In this document: piece after piece, positions 1-9,459 of the stretch | Layout of the letters: each line of letters opens with the position of its first letter | Position numbering within the stretch: position 1 is the stretch's first letter | NCBI GenBank assembly: GCA_965198065.1 | Contig: CBDAON010000003.1 | Location: 6,230 to 70,229 of the forward strand | Direction of reading: 5' to 3' | Source: Longimicrobiales bacterium | GTDB taxonomy: Bacteria > Gemmatimonadota > Gemmatimonadetes > Longimicrobiales > Gaopeijiaceae | Length of the DNA stretch: 64,000 nt | Position numbers and translations under genes: made by a program | The notes under the pieces: model-generated | Told to the model about the DNA's origin: nothing | The model's input: only the letters and a program-made list of their open reading frames with translations | Databases searched by the model: none

Positions 1-549
1 CACGTCGCACGGCTCGAACAGGAGGGGGCCCGTGCCGTCACCCGACCTTCCGGGGGTGCCGAGGGTGAGGAGCAGCTGCCCCTCCGGGCTGAACTTGTAG
101 ACCGCGTGTCCCTTCCCGGCCGTGGCCGGGTCGTCCGGGCTCGGTCCCCGCGCGTCGGTCACCCAGACGTTCCCCTGCGCGTCGACGTGGATCCCGTGGG
201 GGAACAGAACCATACCGCCTCCGAACGAGGTTACCACGTTCCCCTGCGGATCGATCTTCAGGAGCGGGTCGAGGTCCGACCCCGCGCAGGAGTTGCCGCC
301 GCACCGGTCGATGGCCCAGAGGTGCACCCCGTCGGGGTCGATGTCCGCGCCCGCAGTAGAGCCCCAGGTCCGTCCGTCCGGGAGCTGGACCCAGTTGTCC
401 ACACTCGCGTAGGGATTCGGCAACTCGTTCAAGGGCTGGATGTTCGGGATTCGATCCAGCACCTGGGCCGCGGCCCGATCAGGAGCCAGGCCCATGAGAG
501 CGACGACCGCCGCCGCGAGAACTGCGAGTCCCCGTGTCCAGAGTGTCAT
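1..549 (-). CDS. NHL-repeat / PAL-like beta-propeller protein, N-terminal part (continues past window start)
   Basis: My reverse translation from ATG (rc of 547-549) gives MTLWTRGLAVLAAAVVALMG (signal peptide), then DIDPDGVHLWAIDRCGGNSC and FPHGIHVDAQGNVWVTD. It is open to position 1. Not in the ORF track because it has no stop in the window. Confidence 0.6.
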   Translation of the reverse strand, partial: MTLWTRGLAVLAAAVVALMGLAPDRAAAQVLDRIPNIQPLNELPNPYASVDNWVQLPDGRTWGSTAGADIDPDGVHLWAIDRCGGNSCAGSDLDPLLKIDPQGNVVTSFGGGMVLFPHGIHVDAQGNVWVTDARGPSPDDPATAGKGHAVYKFSPEGQLLLTLGTPGRSGDGTGPLLFEPCDV

Positions 550-624
550 GACAGCCTCCTCCGTCCTCGTCGGGGGGGTGAAAGGAAGACTCCCGCCCAT
601 GATATCACCCGTCCGCCTGTCCGC

Positions 625-891
625 CTACCCGAACCGCTGGAGGGCGCGCTCCCGTGCTTTCCGCGCCACCACTTCCCGGTTCCTGGGCCGGGCGGTGATC
701 GTGAGCGAGCGGATCAGCTTCGCGGCGACCGTCGTTACCTCGCCCACCGCGGTGTTAAAGACCTCTTCGTTCACATTCGAGGGGCGGTTCTGGCCGGAGA
801 GCTTCCGCACGAACTGGAGGGCCGAGGCCCGGATCTCGTCGTCGGTGGCCGGCGGCTCGAAGTTGGCGAGCGTCTTGATGTTCCTGCACAT
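625..891 (-). CDS. DUF2277-family small protein
   Basis: Internal ATG of ORF 625..1299 gives MCRNIKTLANFEPPATDDEIRASALQFVRKLSG, the characteristic DUF2277 N-terminus. Confidence 0.7.
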   Translation of the reverse strand: MCRNIKTLANFEPPATDDEIRASALQFVRKLSGQNRPSNVNEEVFNTAVGEVTTVAAKLIRSLTITARPRNREVVARKARERALQRFG

Positions 892-954
892 GGGTCTCCC
901 TCCCTCCTCAACGTCCTTCCCGCGCCTGTGGCGGCACGGGTACATTGCCGCTCC

Positions 955-1581
955 ATGCATCAGGGAAGGCGAAAGCTGATCGTCGTGGGCGCGGTGGTTC
1001 TCACCCTGGTTGTCGCGGGTTTGCTGCTTTTCCGCCAGATCCCAGACAACGTCTCCGCGCCCCTCTTCGTACTCGTCGTGGTCGTCGAGGTCGTGGTCGC
1101 CCCGATCCCGGGGGGTGCGATCGGATATATGGGCGCCGCCAGGTTCGGCTTCGAGCGGGCCTGGCCGCTCCTCTACATCGGGAACGTGATCGGCACGACC
1201 CTCGTGTTCTGGCTGGCCCGCCGCTTCGGCGCGCCGCTCTTCGAGGAGAACGTGACGGAGCTGACGCGTCAGCGCTACGACGCGATCCTCAGGGGGCACC
1301 CGCTCCTCCTCTGGATCTTCTACGCGATCCCGATAATCCCGGTGGACATGCTGAGCGTCCTCGCGGGCCTATCGCGCATGCGGGTGCGCCGTTTTCTCCT
1401 CATCGCCTACTCGGGCTACTTCTTTTACACGGGGATCGTGGCCTACGTGGGCGCCTTCGTCGCCGACAACATCGGCGTCACCGAAGCCATGTCCGTAATC
1501 GGCGCGGTCTTCCTGTTCATGGTCGCGTGGTGGCTCTGGCGCGAGCAGAAGGTTAGGAACAGCGGAGATGCGGGCCTGTGA
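955..1581 (+). CDS. TVP38/TMEM64 (SNARE-associated, DedA-related) membrane protein
   Basis: ATG at 955 inside ORF 106..1581. MHQGRRKLIVVGAVVLTLVV, multiple TM segments, and YAIPIIPVDMLSVLAGLSRM. The upstream part of that ORF is Arg/Pro-rich shadow sequence. Confidence 0.75.
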   Translation: MHQGRRKLIVVGAVVLTLVVAGLLLFRQIPDNVSAPLFVLVVVVEVVVAPIPGGAIGYMGAARFGFERAWPLLYIGNVIGTTLVFWLARRFGAPLFEENVTELTRQRYDAILRGHPLLLWIFYAIPIIPVDMLSVLAGLSRMRVRRFLLIAYSGYFFYTGIVAYVGAFVADNIGVTEAMSVIGAVFLFMVAWWLWREQKVRNSGDAGL

Positions 1582-1593
1582 CGGCGACCGCGA

Positions 1594-2597
1594 TCACCCC
1601 ACCTCGAGCGTCTCCCCATGTGCCGGGATCCACAGGCGCTCGGCGGGCAGGCCCTCGGCAGCCCAGGCCCGGGTCGCGCGCCTCGGCGGCTCGTCCATCG
1701 GCTCGTCCGTGAGCTTGAACGTGCCCCAATGGATCGCGCCCATGACTCCGCCCTCGGCGCCGCCCAGATCGAGGAAGGCCCGCACGGCCTCCTCGGGGTT
1801 GAGGTGGACCAAGCGCATGAACCACCTCGGCTCGTAGGCCCCGATGGGAAGCAGTACGACGTCGAACGGACCGGCGCGCGCTCCGATCCGGCCGAAGTCC
1901 GGATGGTAGCCGCTGTCCCCGGCGAACAGCACGCGGTGGCGGCCTGCGGATCGCGAAGCCGCACCAGAGCGAGCGGTTTCGATCGAGGGGACTGCGCGCG
2001 CTGAAGTGACGAGCGGGGGCAGACGTGACCGTGATGTCGCCGATGCGCACGGCCTCCCACCAGTCGAGCTCGTGCGCCTCCTCCACCCCCTCGCGCCGGA
2101 CCGCCGCGCCCAGCCCGAGCGGGACGATCCAGGGGCGCTTCGGGGAACCGGCCGGCCAGCGCACCGGCGGAACCCACATCGAAGTGGTCGTAGTGATTGT
2201 GCGTGAGGAGGACGGCGTCGATTGGTGGCAACGCCTCGAGCGCGACGCCCGGTGGCACCCACCGCCTCGGGCCGGCGAACCGCACGGGAGACGCACGCTC
2301 CCCGAACATCGGGTCCGTGAGGAAGTTGCACCCGCCCGTCTGGATCAGGGTGGTCGCGTGGCCGATCCACGTTACCGTCAGGACGCCGTCCGGAGCCCGG
2401 GGGGTTCGAAAAGTCGGCCCGACTCTTCGGAACACGGACGGGTCGGGGTCCGCCGGTACGCCGCGGACGGCACGCTTGAGCCACCAGCGGAAGACCCCCC
2501 CGACCTTCTGGGGTTCGCTGTCCGTCCAGGGGTTGCGGAAAGTCCCGTCGGGGTTCCGGTGTAGCCCCTGCGTCGGGCTGGAGTCCGAGATTACCAC
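1594..2597 (-). pseudogene. MBL-fold metallo-hydrolase (NAPE-PLD-like) split over three frames
   Basis: Frame 1: TWIGHATTLIQTGG..LLTHNHYDHFD. Frame 2: WIVPLGLGAAVRREGVEEAHELDWWE..HFSARSPLDRNRSLW. Frame 3: VLFAGDSGYHPDFG..HWGTFKLTDEPMDEP. Frame switches lie near 2130 and 1945. Confidence 0.75.
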
Positions 2598-2861
2598 CAG
2601 CTGGTCGCTTTCACGGGCTGGTCACCTCGGGGCCGGGTTGCGCATGACGAATACGCTAAGACTTCAGGTGCGCTCGAGGTCAAGGGTCTTCGTCGATGCG
2701 GGGGAGATCAAGGGGCACGCCGGGAGCACGGGATCCTCCAGCCCCGGGGCGCCCGTGCTGCGTGGCATGCGGAGGATCTCGGGCGATCGGTTGCGGTAGG
2801 AGCCACGCGGCTCCGATCTTGGAGGCAATCCGTCGGGGCCATAGACAGCGAGAGGAAGCCC

Positions 2862-4070
2862 ATGCGGCTGGAGGGCCCAACCCCATCCGATCGCACCCCG
2901 GGCGCCCCGGTTCCCCCCCGGGTCCTCATCGTCTCCCTGGGCGCCCTCGCGGTGGCCGTCGTGTGGGCGGCCCTTCCGCCGGACGTGCTGAGCGATTACC
3001 GGACGCTCACCTGGGCGCTCGCGCTGATTCCCGCGTTCTTGCTGGCCCACCATCGGAGATGGCATCGCATCTCGGTCGCGCTGGCTGCCGGCATGGCCCT
3101 CCTCGCGTTCTCCCCCATCCTCGCGCTGTCCCTCGACGTGCCGGTCCCCGATTGGCCGTTCACGGTCCTGGTCCTCTCGGTCTACATCGGTATCGCGCTC
3201 GGCGGCGGGTGGTTCTCGGAGCTGCGGAGCGCCCACGCCGAGCTCAAGCGCTCACATGAGGAGCTCCAGCAGACGCATCTGCGGATGATTCGCACGAACC
3301 AGCTGGACGTCACGGGCCAGCTGGCGGCCGGGGTCGCCCACGAGGTGAAGAATCCGCTCACGACTGTGCTGACCGGCGTCGAATACCTGCGAGCGTATGG
3401 AGAGGTCCAGGATCCGAAGGTGAGGGTCCTCTTGGACGACATGTGGGTGGCGGTGAAGCGCGCCGACTCCGTCGTACGCGGCCTCCTGGACCTTTCCCGC
3501 GAGCAAGAGCTCTTCTGGAAAGAGCACGACCTGAACGAGCTGGTGGAGCGGACCCTTCGGCTGGTGAAGCACGACGTGGATCGACGCCACATCCGCGTGG
3601 TGCGGGCGCTGGGCACGGGGCTCCCGAGGGTCACCCTCGACGGCTATCGGATTCAGCAGGTGCTGATTAACCTCATCACAAACGCCGCCGACGCCATGTC
3701 CGAGGGCGGAACGCTCACTCTACGGACGTCCGAATCCGCGGTCACCGTTGGATCGGGCCCGAGCGAGGCGGCGACGACCGGAAGGAACCGTCGCGGTCCT
3801 GTGCCTGGGATAGCCATCGTCGTCGAGGACGACGGGACCGGGATTCCCGACGAGGCCCTGGAACGGATCTTCGAGCCGTTCTTCACCACGAAGGGCCCCG
3901 GCGAGGGCACGGGCTTGGGCCTCACGGTCGCGCGAAGGCTGGTACGGATGCACGAAGGCACACTCACCCTGGAGAATCTCCCGATAGGGGCGCGAGCCAC
4001 CATCCGCCTGCCCCTCCAACCCCAAGGAGTACAGCGTGCCGGACGCGAAGCGGATACTACTGGTGGATGA
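2862..4070 (+). CDS. Membrane sensor histidine kinase
   Basis: N-terminal TM segments, H-box AAGVAHEVKNPL, N-box NLITNAADAM, and G-boxes DDGTGIP / GEGTGLGL. Confidence 0.85.
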   Translation: MRLEGPTPSDRTPGAPVPPRVLIVSLGALAVAVVWAALPPDVLSDYRTLTWALALIPAFLLAHHRRWHRISVALAAGMALLAFSPILALSLDVPVPDWPFTVLVLSVYIGIALGGGWFSELRSAHAELKRSHEELQQTHLRMIRTNQLDVTGQLAAGVAHEVKNPLTTVLTGVEYLRAYGEVQDPKVRVLLDDMWVAVKRADSVVRGLLDLSREQELFWKEHDLNELVERTLRLVKHDVDRRHIRVVRALGTGLPRVTLDGYRIQQVLINLITNAADAMSEGGTLTLRTSESAVTVGSGPSEAATTGRNRRGPVPGIAIVVEDDGTGIPDEALERIFEPFFTTKGPGEGTGLGLTVARRLVRMHEGTLTLENLPIGARATIRLPLQPQGVQRAGREADTTGG

Positions 4071-4432
4071 CGAGGAGACGGTGACGCGGACCCTTGCCCT
4101 CTTCCTCGAGGCCGAGGGCCGCTACCAGGTCCAGACCGTTAACGACCCGGCGGAAGGCGCGGGAGATCGCTCTCTCGTTTCGCCCGGACCTCATGATCCT
4201 GGACGTCATCATGCCGCACATGGACGGGGGAGATCTGGCCGCGCAGCTCACCGCCGTGCCCGCGCTGGAGGGTGTCCCGGTCATCTTCATGACCGCGCTG
4301 GTCAAGGAGGCGGAAATCGGGGCTCAGGGCGGAGCCATCGGGGGACGCCCATTCCTCGCCAAGCCCGTGGAGTCCGCTGACCTTCTCGCGGTGATCGAGT
4401 CCACCCTCGGCGGGGAAGAGACGCCGCACTGA
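4036..4432 (+). pseudogene. Single-domain response regulator (receiver) with one frameshift
   Basis: KRILLVDDEETVTR in frame 1 and PDLMILDVIMPHMDGGDL..PVIFMTAL..FLAKPV in frame 2. The switch lies at a GGG run near 4155. The start overlaps the kinase 3' end. Confidence 0.75.
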
Positions 4433-4514
4433 CGGCGCGGCGCACTCGAAGACCCGCCCCGCCTACGAGCCGCGAAGAAGACCCCCGCCCTGAGGGCGAA
4501 TCCCGCGCAGGGCC

Positions 4515-6731
4515 TCAGCGCGTCCGACGCTCCCGCCCCTCCTTCGCCAGGATCTCCGCGACCGCGTTCGGCGCCAGGGGCTGGGAGTAGTGGAACCCCT
4601 GCCCCTGGCCGCATTGGAGGCTCTGAAGCCTCTCCGACTGCTCGGCCGTCTCGATGCCCTCCGCTACGACGCCGATCCCGAGGTCTCTCGCGAGGGTGAT
4701 CACGGCCTGGATCAGGGCGGGCTGCTCGGCTGCCCCATCTATCTGTTGGATGAACGACCCGTCGATCTTCAACGTCGAAACGTGGAACCGCTTGAGGTAG
4801 GCGAGGGAGGACGTCCCGGTCCCGAAGTCGTAGATCTGAACGCGCACGCCGAGCTCCCGGAGGGTTCCGATCGTGACCGCGTTGGCGTCAGCCCGCTCCA
4901 TGAGGGCAGCCTCGCTGATCTCCAACTGCAGATTTCCGGGATCGAGCTCGGCCGCCTGGACGATCTGCGAGATTCGAGGCACGAGGTCCGGCTCCATGAG
5001 CTGGCGTCCCGACAGGTTCACACTAACCGTCGTGTCAGCCGCCCCGGGGAAGCTCCGGATCCAACCCGCCATCCGCTTGCTGGCTTCCTCGAGCACCCAC
5101 CAGCCCAGGGGCACGATGAGGCCCGTCCTGTCTGCCAGGGGGACGAACGCGTCGGGCTTGAGCTCCCCCCTCACGGGGTGATCCCACCGCACGAGCGCCT
5201 CGAGGCCCGTCACCCGCCCCGTGTCCAGCGCCACCACGGGCTGATAGACGAGGCGGAGCTGGCCCTTCTGCAGCGCGCTCTTCAGGTCGCCCTCCATCTG
5301 GAACAGGGCGACCGCCCGGGCATGCATGCTCCGGTCGTAGACCTCGAAGAGGCCGGCCCCCCGTGCCTTGGCCCGATACATGGCCGTATCCGCGAAGTGA
5401 ATCAACTCGTCGGGCGACGAAACCTCGTCGTCGCTGACCGCGATCCCGATGCTGGCGCTAGTCCGGACCGAGTGCCCCTCGATGTCGACCGGCCTCGCGA
5501 GCAGCTCCCGCACGCGCTCGGCCACCCGGGTCGTATCGGCCGAGTCCCGTAAGTCGTCGAGAAGGACGCAGAACTCGTCTCCCGCGACACGCGCCGCCAC
5601 GTCACCGGGACGGATCGCCTCCCGGAGCCGGCGGGCGACCTCGGCCAGGAGCTCGTCACCGGCCGCATGGCCCAGGGCGTCGTTTACCTCCTTGAAGCCG
5701 TCAAGGTCGAGGAACAGGAGGCCGAACCGGTACCCCTCGCGACGCTTGAGCTGCTGGAACGCCCGCTCGAGAAGATCCGCGAGGAACGCCCGGTTGGGTA
5801 ACCCCGTGAGCGAATCGTAGAGGGCCTCCTTGGCCAGGCGCTCCTCCACCGTCTTGCGCTCTGTGATGTCGGTGAGCGCGCCGGCGATGCGATAGGGGTG
5901 ACCTTCGGGGCTCCGCTCGGCGATTCCCCGAGCCTCGACCCATCGGTACTTCCCGGAGCCGTCAAGAACGCGATGCTCACACTGGAAGCGGGACGTCTCC
6001 CCGTCCCGGTGGGCTCGAAGCTCCGTCTTGAGGCGGGGCAGGTCCTCGGGGTGGACCCGGCTAAGCCAATGGTCCGGCGAGTTGCCGATCTGGTGCTCGC
6101 CGTACCCGAGCATCGACTTCCATCGAGCCGAGTAGAAAATCTCGCCGGCCTCGAGATTCCAGTCCCACAGCCCGTTGTCCGCACCGCGCATCGCGAGCGC
6201 GTAGCGCTCTTCGCTCGCCTGGAGCGCCCCCTCCGCTCTCCTGCGCTCTGTGATGTCCTCGCACGTGGTAACGATGCCGATCGGAGTTCCCGTCCGGTCG
6301 CGGAGCACGTCGGACATGAGGTGAACCGGGAACGAGCTCCCGCCCCGCCGCAGGTTCACGCTCTCCCGCCGCCACCGCTTCATCTTGGCGATCTCGTCCA
6401 GGGACATCGGCTTGGCTCGTGACGCGGACGCATAGACCCGAACGTCGGCGTTCAGGAGCTGCTCCTTCTGGTATCCGTGGTTGGCCGCGTCGGCCGGATT
6501 CACGTAGACGATGCGCCCCTCGAGGTCCGTGACGGTCACGCCGAGCTGCATCGTTTCGACGACCTGCTCGAGGTGGCGCAGCGACGGGGTCGCCTTGGAG
6601 TCGGGCTCCGTCAGCGGCAGCGCCGGAGACGGTTCCGTGGACGGCGGCGACCCGGACCTTCGGCCGAGGACGTAGCCGAGCGCAAGCGCGCTCGGGACCC
6701 CAACCAGAAGAAGAACTACGGGGAGAAGCAT
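4515..6731 (-). CDS. TM-PAS-PAS-GGDEF-EAL c-di-GMP signalling protein
   Basis: 738 aa. Two PAS-like blocks, GLPNRAFL..AGDEFCVLL (GGDEF domain), then EALVRW..YDFGTGTSSLAYLK..LKIDGSFI (EAL domain). Confidence 0.9.
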   Translation of the reverse strand: MLLPVVLLLVGVPSALALGYVLGRRSGSPPSTEPSPALPLTEPDSKATPSLRHLEQVVETMQLGVTVTDLEGRIVYVNPADAANHGYQKEQLLNADVRVYASASRAKPMSLDEIAKMKRWRRESVNLRRGGSSFPVHLMSDVLRDRTGTPIGIVTTCEDITERRRAEGALQASEERYALAMRGADNGLWDWNLEAGEIFYSARWKSMLGYGEHQIGNSPDHWLSRVHPEDLPRLKTELRAHRDGETSRFQCEHRVLDGSGKYRWVEARGIAERSPEGHPYRIAGALTDITERKTVEERLAKEALYDSLTGLPNRAFLADLLERAFQQLKRREGYRFGLLFLDLDGFKEVNDALGHAAGDELLAEVARRLREAIRPGDVAARVAGDEFCVLLDDLRDSADTTRVAERVRELLARPVDIEGHSVRTSASIGIAVSDDEVSSPDELIHFADTAMYRAKARGAGLFEVYDRSMHARAVALFQMEGDLKSALQKGQLRLVYQPVVALDTGRVTGLEALVRWDHPVRGELKPDAFVPLADRTGLIVPLGWWVLEEASKRMAGWIRSFPGAADTTVSVNLSGRQLMEPDLVPRISQIVQAAELDPGNLQLEISEAALMERADANAVTIGTLRELGVRVQIYDFGTGTSSLAYLKRFHVSTLKIDGSFIQQIDGAAEQPALIQAVITLARDLGIGVVAEGIETAEQSERLQSLQCGQGQGFHYSQPLAPNAVAEILAKEGRERRTR

Positions 6732-6894
6732 TTAGTCCCCTCACTACGGGTGTGCCGAAGCGCCTGACCGCCAGGCGGAATCGAGCGCTGCGGGGACACG
6801 GAATCCATGCCCGCCCGGACCATCATTTTTGGTCACAATACGGGGTCAATGTCAAGGCCCGAACCTGTTGAAGGGCCGGCGGGATCCCCGGGCA

Positions 6895-8043
6895 TCACCA
6901 GCTCACGCGCAGGCCCGCGATCCAGGAAACCCCGGAGTAGGTGCCGCCGTCGTCGAGATGGTCCCGCATATCCGCCCTCTGGACCCCGGTTTGCAACTTG
7001 AGGCTGTGTCCGAAAAAGTAGCGGTTCGCCCCGATGTAAACATCCTGGTAGCCATCCCCCCGCCCGGACACGACGCGGTTCTCGTAGCTCGGGACGCGCA
7101 CGCCGTTCGCGTCGTCGCTCCGGACGAGCGTGTAGCGGCCCACGAGCTGGAGCCTTGTCGTCAGGTCGAAGTACGGCATGACGACGACTCCCCAGAGATC
7201 ACTTTGGCCCAGATAGCCGAACCCCACGGATATGTCGCCTCGAGCTCCCCAACGCCCCGCTTCGAACCGGGCATTCAAAGATCCCACGTGCCGGAGGGCC
7301 CGCGTGAACGTGTTGTCCGAATCGGGAGACTGGTACAGGTAGCTGGCCCCCACGGAGGCCTCCTCCATCTCGAGGACCTCCGCCGCATCGTAGCCCAGAG
7401 AGGCAATCCCGAACACGCCGCCGCTGAAGTCTCCGAGCTCCCGGTTCCTCCGTCCCGACGAGAACGCGCCGACTTGATACGCCCAGCGAGAGCGCTCCAC
7501 CGAGAGGCTTACGCCTGGCATGTATTCCTGAGAGAACCACAGGTTATTGCTGAGATTGTTCCGCTCGGGCGTCAGAAGCTCGTTCGAGGATGTCGAGCCA
7601 TCTGTGGTGAACGACACACCCTGCTTCCCCAGCGTCACAGTCGTTCCCCCGGCCCGGCTCCATTCGATGTTCAGGTCGGTGAAACGCAGGTACAGGGGAT
7701 CCGCTTCCTGGGGGTTCAGGTCCACTTCCGCGTGAACGGTCAGCTGCCGAAGAACACCCGCACGGACGCCCAAGCGCAGGCGCCGAACGTTCCACTCGCG
7801 CTCCGACCCCTGATCAGCGTTCACCACCGCGTAATCCTGCTGGAAGCGGCCCTTGAAGAGGATGCTCTGAACGAACGGGTTCGTATCGTCGCGGTACCAC
7901 TCCCCAAGACGCCAGATTAGTTCGTAGATGGACTCCCCGGCCCCGGCCTGGGCCTGGGCCGGCTGACCGTGGAGCGTCCCCAGTCCCGTCAGGATCAACC
8001 CCTGGAGCATCCAGGTTCCCCGCCACGTGCCCGTCCCGCGCAT
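6895..8043 (-). CDS. Phosphate-selective porin O/P family outer-membrane protein
   Basis: Signal peptide with AQAQAGAG, alternating beta-strand pattern, aromatic C-terminus ..IAGLRVSW. Confidence 0.7.
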   Translation of the reverse strand: MRGTGTWRGTWMLQGLILTGLGTLHGQPAQAQAGAGESIYELIWRLGEWYRDDTNPFVQSILFKGRFQQDYAVVNADQGSEREWNVRRLRLGVRAGVLRQLTVHAEVDLNPQEADPLYLRFTDLNIEWSRAGGTTVTLGKQGVSFTTDGSTSSNELLTPERNNLSNNLWFSQEYMPGVSLSVERSRWAYQVGAFSSGRRNRELGDFSGGVFGIASLGYDAAEVLEMEEASVGASYLYQSPDSDNTFTRALRHVGSLNARFEAGRWGARGDISVGFGYLGQSDLWGVVVMPYFDLTTRLQLVGRYTLVRSDDANGVRVPSYENRVVSGRGDGYQDVYIGANRYFFGHSLKLQTGVQRADMRDHLDDGGTYSGVSWIAGLRVSW

Positions 8044-8097
8044 CGCACCTCCCTCTCTCAGACGATTGAGTCCGGGGCCCTGCCCTCACTTTATCCC

Positions 8098-8131
8098 GGA
8101 TGCGTAACGAACCGTTTCTCGGATACGTAAC
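8098..8131. promoter_or_regulatory. Direct repeat GGATGCGTAAC / GGATACGTAAC (starts 23 bp apart) in a divergent intergenic region
   Basis: Read directly at 8098-8108 and 8121-8131, between the porin O/P start (8043, minus) and the DUF3187-like start (8206, plus). Confidence 0.25.
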
Positions 8132-8205
8132 AAACGGGCGACGTACATCAAGAGTCCCTATCGGGATATCTTCCTCGCAGGGGGGAATAAACCTCGCGAA
8201 ACGAA

Positions 8206-9243
8206 TTGCTCGTTCCGGAGGGACCGTTGAGATCGAAGACGCGGCGCGACAGCCGCGGTCTCCGGGGAGCCTCGAGTGCCGTCCTGCTGCTCGGCTCCCT
8301 CTGGGCCGCCCCGCCCGGGGCCGCGCAGGCTCCGCTCGGGCCGCTTCGGACCGCGGAGCAGAACCCGTTCTATCGCCTCTTCTACGTGCCGGACGCGGAG
8401 GGGGCGGATGTCATCGGCGCGGGCAGGACCCGGATCGAGCTGTCCAGCTCGTACTCGAGCGTCTTCGAGCACAGCGCGAGCGCCAATCACCTGCAGCTCT
8501 TCGACATGGAGCAGCTGACGAACGCCGTCACTGTGCGCTGGGGGGTCGGGCCGACGCTCGAGCTGGGGGCGCGGGCCGACCTCTACACGGCCTGGGGCGG
8601 GTTCCTCGACTCGCTCATCTCCGGCCTCCACGACGCGCTCCAGGTCTCGGACGCGGGGCGACAGAACCAGCCCGAGGGCCAGTACCGCTTCTTGCTTTTC
8701 CATGGCGGTCAGAACGTGCTCCTCGACGTTCCCCAGCGAAGCCTCAAGCTCGAGGAGCTGAGGGCGTTCGCGAAATGGCAGTGGTACGGGTCGGGGGGCG
8801 GGCCGCTCTCGATGTCCCTAAAGGGCGTCCTCCGCCACTACGTTGGATCCGTCGACCCCGGCCGGACGGACGCCGCGCTGGCCATCCTCGCCCGCCTCTC
8901 TCGGGGGAAACCCACCTCCATGGGTATGTTGGGGCGACGAGCCTCAGCCCGCCACGCCGGTTCACGGAGCTGGTGCCGGACCTGGCCACCCCACCTGTCC
9001 GTGCTCGCGCAGCTCGTTGGAGGCAGCCGCTACGTCCAGGGATTTTCGGTCGCCGACCTGAACTCGATCCCGATGAACGTGGCCGTGGGCCTGGCCGGAG
9101 CGACCGAGACGGGGTGGGCGTGGCAGCTGAGCTTCGCCGAGGACATTCCTCCGCGGAGCCCCTCGGTGGACTTCATCGTGGACCTCGAGATCAGCCGAAC
9201 GCTCGGGGTCTCTGGCGAAGACGGGGACGCGCCGGCGCCCTGA
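8206..9243 (+). CDS. DUF3187-like outer-membrane protein (possible compensating frameshift pair)
   Basis: Signal-like LLLGSLWAAPPGAAQAP, then NPFYRLFYVPDAE. Residues ~235-265 are Arg-rich, whereas the alternative frame reads THLHGYVGATSLSPPRRFTELVPDLATPP. TTG start is uncertain. Confidence 0.5.
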   Translation: MLVPEGPLRSKTRRDSRGLRGASSAVLLLGSLWAAPPGAAQAPLGPLRTAEQNPFYRLFYVPDAEGADVIGAGRTRIELSSSYSSVFEHSASANHLQLFDMEQLTNAVTVRWGVGPTLELGARADLYTAWGGFLDSLISGLHDALQVSDAGRQNQPEGQYRFLLFHGGQNVLLDVPQRSLKLEELRAFAKWQWYGSGGGPLSMSLKGVLRHYVGSVDPGRTDAALAILARLSRGKPTSMGMLGRRASARHAGSRSWCRTWPPHLSVLAQLVGGSRYVQGFSVADLNSIPMNVAVGLAGATETGWAWQLSFAEDIPPRSPSVDFIVDLEISRTLGVSGEDGDAPAP

Positions 9244-9459
9244 TCTGGTCTAGCGAGGGAGCTCGAGTGGCCGATTCCGCTCTCCGCGGGACCCACGGAC
9301 ACCCCGACACCCCGACCAACAGGCAGCCCGAGCGACGGGCACGAATTTCTTGAAGTGGGGGCACGAGTGGGCGTAAGTTCCTGAACGAGGTGTTGGTCGC
9401 GGCATCCCGCCGGTCCCCGGTGACGGCCGCGGTGGCTCGGTGTACGGAGGATAGAGACC

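Noticed and set aside
106-954. Long N-terminal extension of ORF 106..1581, and many other long ORFs antisense to confident genes (e.g. 9898..11634, 15288..16394, 33092..34225, 37685..38656, 53162..54154, 4590..5552).
   Set aside because: Their translations are Arg/Pro/Gly-rich with no motifs, and each lies opposite a gene with clear family signatures. These are typical shadow ORFs of high-GC DNA.
9244-9459. Possible Moco or other riboswitch in the 217-nt leader of the molybdopterin oxidoreductase gene.
   Set aside because: I could not recognise the conserved Moco-motif elements by eye. This would need an Infernal/Rfam scan; no claim is made.
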